NCBI GenBank assembly: GCA_964016885.1
Contig: OZ024763.1
Coordinates: 22,940,001 to 23,004,000 of the forward strand
Source: Eledone cirrhosa
Taxonomy: Eukaryota
Length of the DNA: 64,000 bases
Reading direction: 5' to 3'
Part shown: positions 61,201-64,000 of the stretch, in pieces
Position numbering within the stretch: the stretch's first letter is position 1
Layout of the letters: every line of letters begins with the position of its first letter
Notes under the pieces: model-generated
What the model was told of the DNA's origin: nothing
What the model saw: the letters and a program-made list of their open reading frames with translations, nothing else
The model's database searches: none
Made by a program: the position numbers and the translations under genes

Positions 61201-64000
61201 AACTGATGCAGGTAGTTTGTTCCATGGAGGTTTTAAAGGATGTAGTGTCTCGACAGCTAACAACTGATGTATGTAGTTTGTTCCATGGAGGTTTTAAAGG
61301 ATGCAGTGTCTCAACAGCTAATAACTGATGCAGGTAGTTTGTTCCATGGAGGTTTGAAAGGATGCAGTGTCTCGACAGCTCACAACTGATGCAGGGAGTT
61401 TGATCCATGGAGGTTTTAAAGGATGCAGTGTCTCGACAGCTCACAACTGATGCAGGTAGTTTGTTCCATGGAGGTTTTAAAGGATGCAGTGTCTCGACAG
61501 CTCACAACTGATGCAGGTAGTTTGTTCCATGGAGGTTTTAAAGGATGCAGTGTCCTGACAGCTAACAACTGATGCAGGTAGTTTGTTCCATGGAGGTTTT
61601 AAAGGATGCAGTGTCTCAACAGCTAATAACTGATGTAGGTCGTTTGTTCCATGGAAGTTTTAAAGGATGCAGTGTCCTGACAGCTAACAACTGATGCAGG
61701 TAGTTTGTTCCATGGAGGTTTTAAAGGATGCAGTGTCCTGACAGCTAACAACTGATGCAGGTAGTTTGTTCCATGGAGGTTTTAAAGGATGCAGTGTCTC
61801 AACAGCTAATAACTGATGTAGGTCGTTTGTTCCATGGAAGTTTTAAAGGATGCAGTGTTTCGACAGCTAACAACTGATGCAGGTAGTTTGATCCATGGAG
61901 GTTTTAAAGGATGCAGTGTCCTGACAGCTAACAACTGATGCAGGTAGTTTGTTCCATGGAGGTTTTAAAGGATGCAGTGTCTCAACAGCTAACAACTGAT
62001 GGCGGTAGTTTGTTCCATGGAAGTTTTAAAGGATGCAGTGTCCTGACAGCTAACAACTGATGCAGATAGTTTATGGAGGTTTTAAAGGATGCAGTGTCTC
62101 GACAGCTAACAACTGATGCAGGTAGTTTGTTCCATGGAGGTTTTAAAGGATGCAGTGTCGCAACAGCTAATAACTGATGTAGGTAGTTTGTTCCATGGAA
62201 GTTTTAAAGGATGCAGTGTCCTGACAGCTAACAACTGATGCAGGTAGTTTGTTCCATGGAGGTTTTAAAGGATGCAGTGTCTCGACAGCTAACAACTGAT
62301 GCAGGTAGTTTGTTCCATGTAGGTTTTAAAGGATGCAGTGTCTCGACAGCTAATAACTGATGCAGGTAGTTTGATCCATGGAGGTTTTAAAGGATGCAGT
62401 GTCTCGACAGCTAATAACTGATGCAAGTAGTTTATGGAGGTTTTAAAGGATGCAGTGTCTCAACAGCTAACAACTGATGCAGGTAGTTTGTTCCATGGAG
62501 GTTTTAAAGGATACAGTGTCTCGACAGCTAACAACTGATGCAGGTAGTTTGTTCCATGGAGGTTTTAAAGGATACAGTGTCTCGACAGCTAACAACTGAT
62601 GCAGGTAGTTTGTTCCATGGAGGTTTTAAAGGATACAGTGTCTCAGCAGCTAATAACTGATGCAGGTAGTTTGTTCCATGGAAGTTTTAAAGGATGTAGT
62701 TTCCTGACAGCTAACAACTGATGCAGGTAGTTTATGGAGGTTTTAAAGGATGCAGTGTCTCAACAGCTAATAACTGATGCAGGTAGTTTGTTCCATGTAA
62801 GTTTTAAAGGATGCCGTGTCTCGACAACTAACAACTGATGCAGGTAGTTTGTTCCATGGAGGTTTTAAAGGATGCAGTGTCTCGACAGCTAACAACTGAT
62901 GTAGGTAGTTTGTTCCATGGAGGTTTTAAAGGATGCAGTGTCTCAGCAGCTAATAACTGATGTAGGTAGTTTGTTCCATGGAAGTTTTAAAGGATGCAGT
63001 GCCCTGACAGCTAACAACTGATGCAGGTAGTTTGTTCCATGGATGTTTTAAAGGATGCAGTGTCTCGACAGCTAACAACTGATGCAGGTAGTTTGTTCCA
63101 TGGAGGTTTTAAAGGATGCAGTGTCTCGACAGCTAACAACTGATGTAGGTAGTTTGTTCCATGGAGGTTTTAAAGGATGCAGTGTCTCAGCAGCTAATAA
63201 CTGATGTAGGTAGTTTGTTCCATGGAAGTTTTAAAGGATGCAGTGTCCTGATAGCTAACAACTGATGCAGGTAGTTTGTTCCATGGAGGTTTTAAAGGAT
63301 GCAGTGTCTCGACAGCTAACAACTGATGCAGGTAGTTTGTTCCATGGAGGCTTTAAAGGATGCAGTGTCTCGACAGCTAATAACTGATGCAAGTAGTTTG
63401 TTCCATGGAGGTTTTAAAGGATGCAGTGTCTCAACAGCTAACAACTGATGCAGGGAGTTTGATCCATGTAAGTTTTAAAGGATGCAGTGTCTCGACAGCT
63501 AACAACTGATGCAGGTAGTTTGTTCCATGGAGGTTTTAAAGGATGCAGTGTCTCGACTGCTAATAACTGATGCAGGGAGTTTGTTCCATGGAGGTTTTAC
63601 AGGATGCAGTGTCTCGACAGCTAACAACTGATGCAGGTAGTTTGTTCCATGGAGGTTTTAAAGGATGCAGTGTCTCAGCAGCTAATAACAGATGTAGGTA
63701 GTTTGTTCCATGGAAGTTTTAAAGGATGCAGTTTCCTGACAGCTTACAACTGATGCAGGTAGTTTATGGAGGTTTTAAAGGATGCAGTGTCTCAACAGCT
63801 AACAACTGATGCAGGTAGTTTGTTCCATGGAGGTTTTAAAGGATGCAGTGTCTCAGCAGCTAATAACAGATGTAGGTAGTTTGTTCCATGGAAGTTTTAA
63901 AGGATGCAGTTTCCTGACAGCTAACAACTGATGCAGGTAGTTTATGGAGGTTTTAAAGGATGCAGTGTCTCGACAGCTAACAACTGATGCAGGTAGTTTG
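58147..64000. repeat. 61-bp satellite (with 56-bp variants), extends beyond the window
   Basis: Unit CCATGGAGGTTTTAAAGGATGCAGTGTCTCGACAGCTAACAACTGATGCAGGTAGTTTGTT. Confidence 0.98.

Noticed and set aside
58147-64000. CRISPR-like array
   Set aside because: Contiguous units with no unique spacers, no cas genes, eukaryotic context; the same applies to the 37-, 48- and 72-bp arrays

Overview
Repeat-rich, AT-rich animal genomic DNA, most likely an octopod cephalopod (inferred only from the SINE, RTE-tail and microsatellite repertoire). One host gene can be assembled by hand: a minus-strand gene with 17 coding exons in the window (27480 down to 268, about 690 codons, all GT-AG and phase-compatible, continuing past the window start). 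It encodes an unusual Ser/Thr phosphatase: degenerate Nudix-like N-terminus, degenerate EF-hand pair, then a complete PPP catalytic signature. The rest is mobile DNA: a near-intact L1/Tx1-like LINE, a young 5'-truncated RTE LINE, a deleted Penelope-like (Naiad-type) element, a DD37D maT transposon, head-to-tail Helitrons, SINEs and MITEs, plus several satellites that visibly derive from internal segments of these elements. The most striking unannotated signal is a dense set of type I hammerhead ribozyme motifs: about 9 well-formed, plus several degenerate or half copies, from at least 6 distinct sequence families. Most sit in short, often fold-back elements inserted in (TA)n tracts, suggesting a diverse ribozyme-bearing non-autonomous Penelope-like/retrozyme system. 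All calls are from reading the sequence; no searches or folding programs were run.
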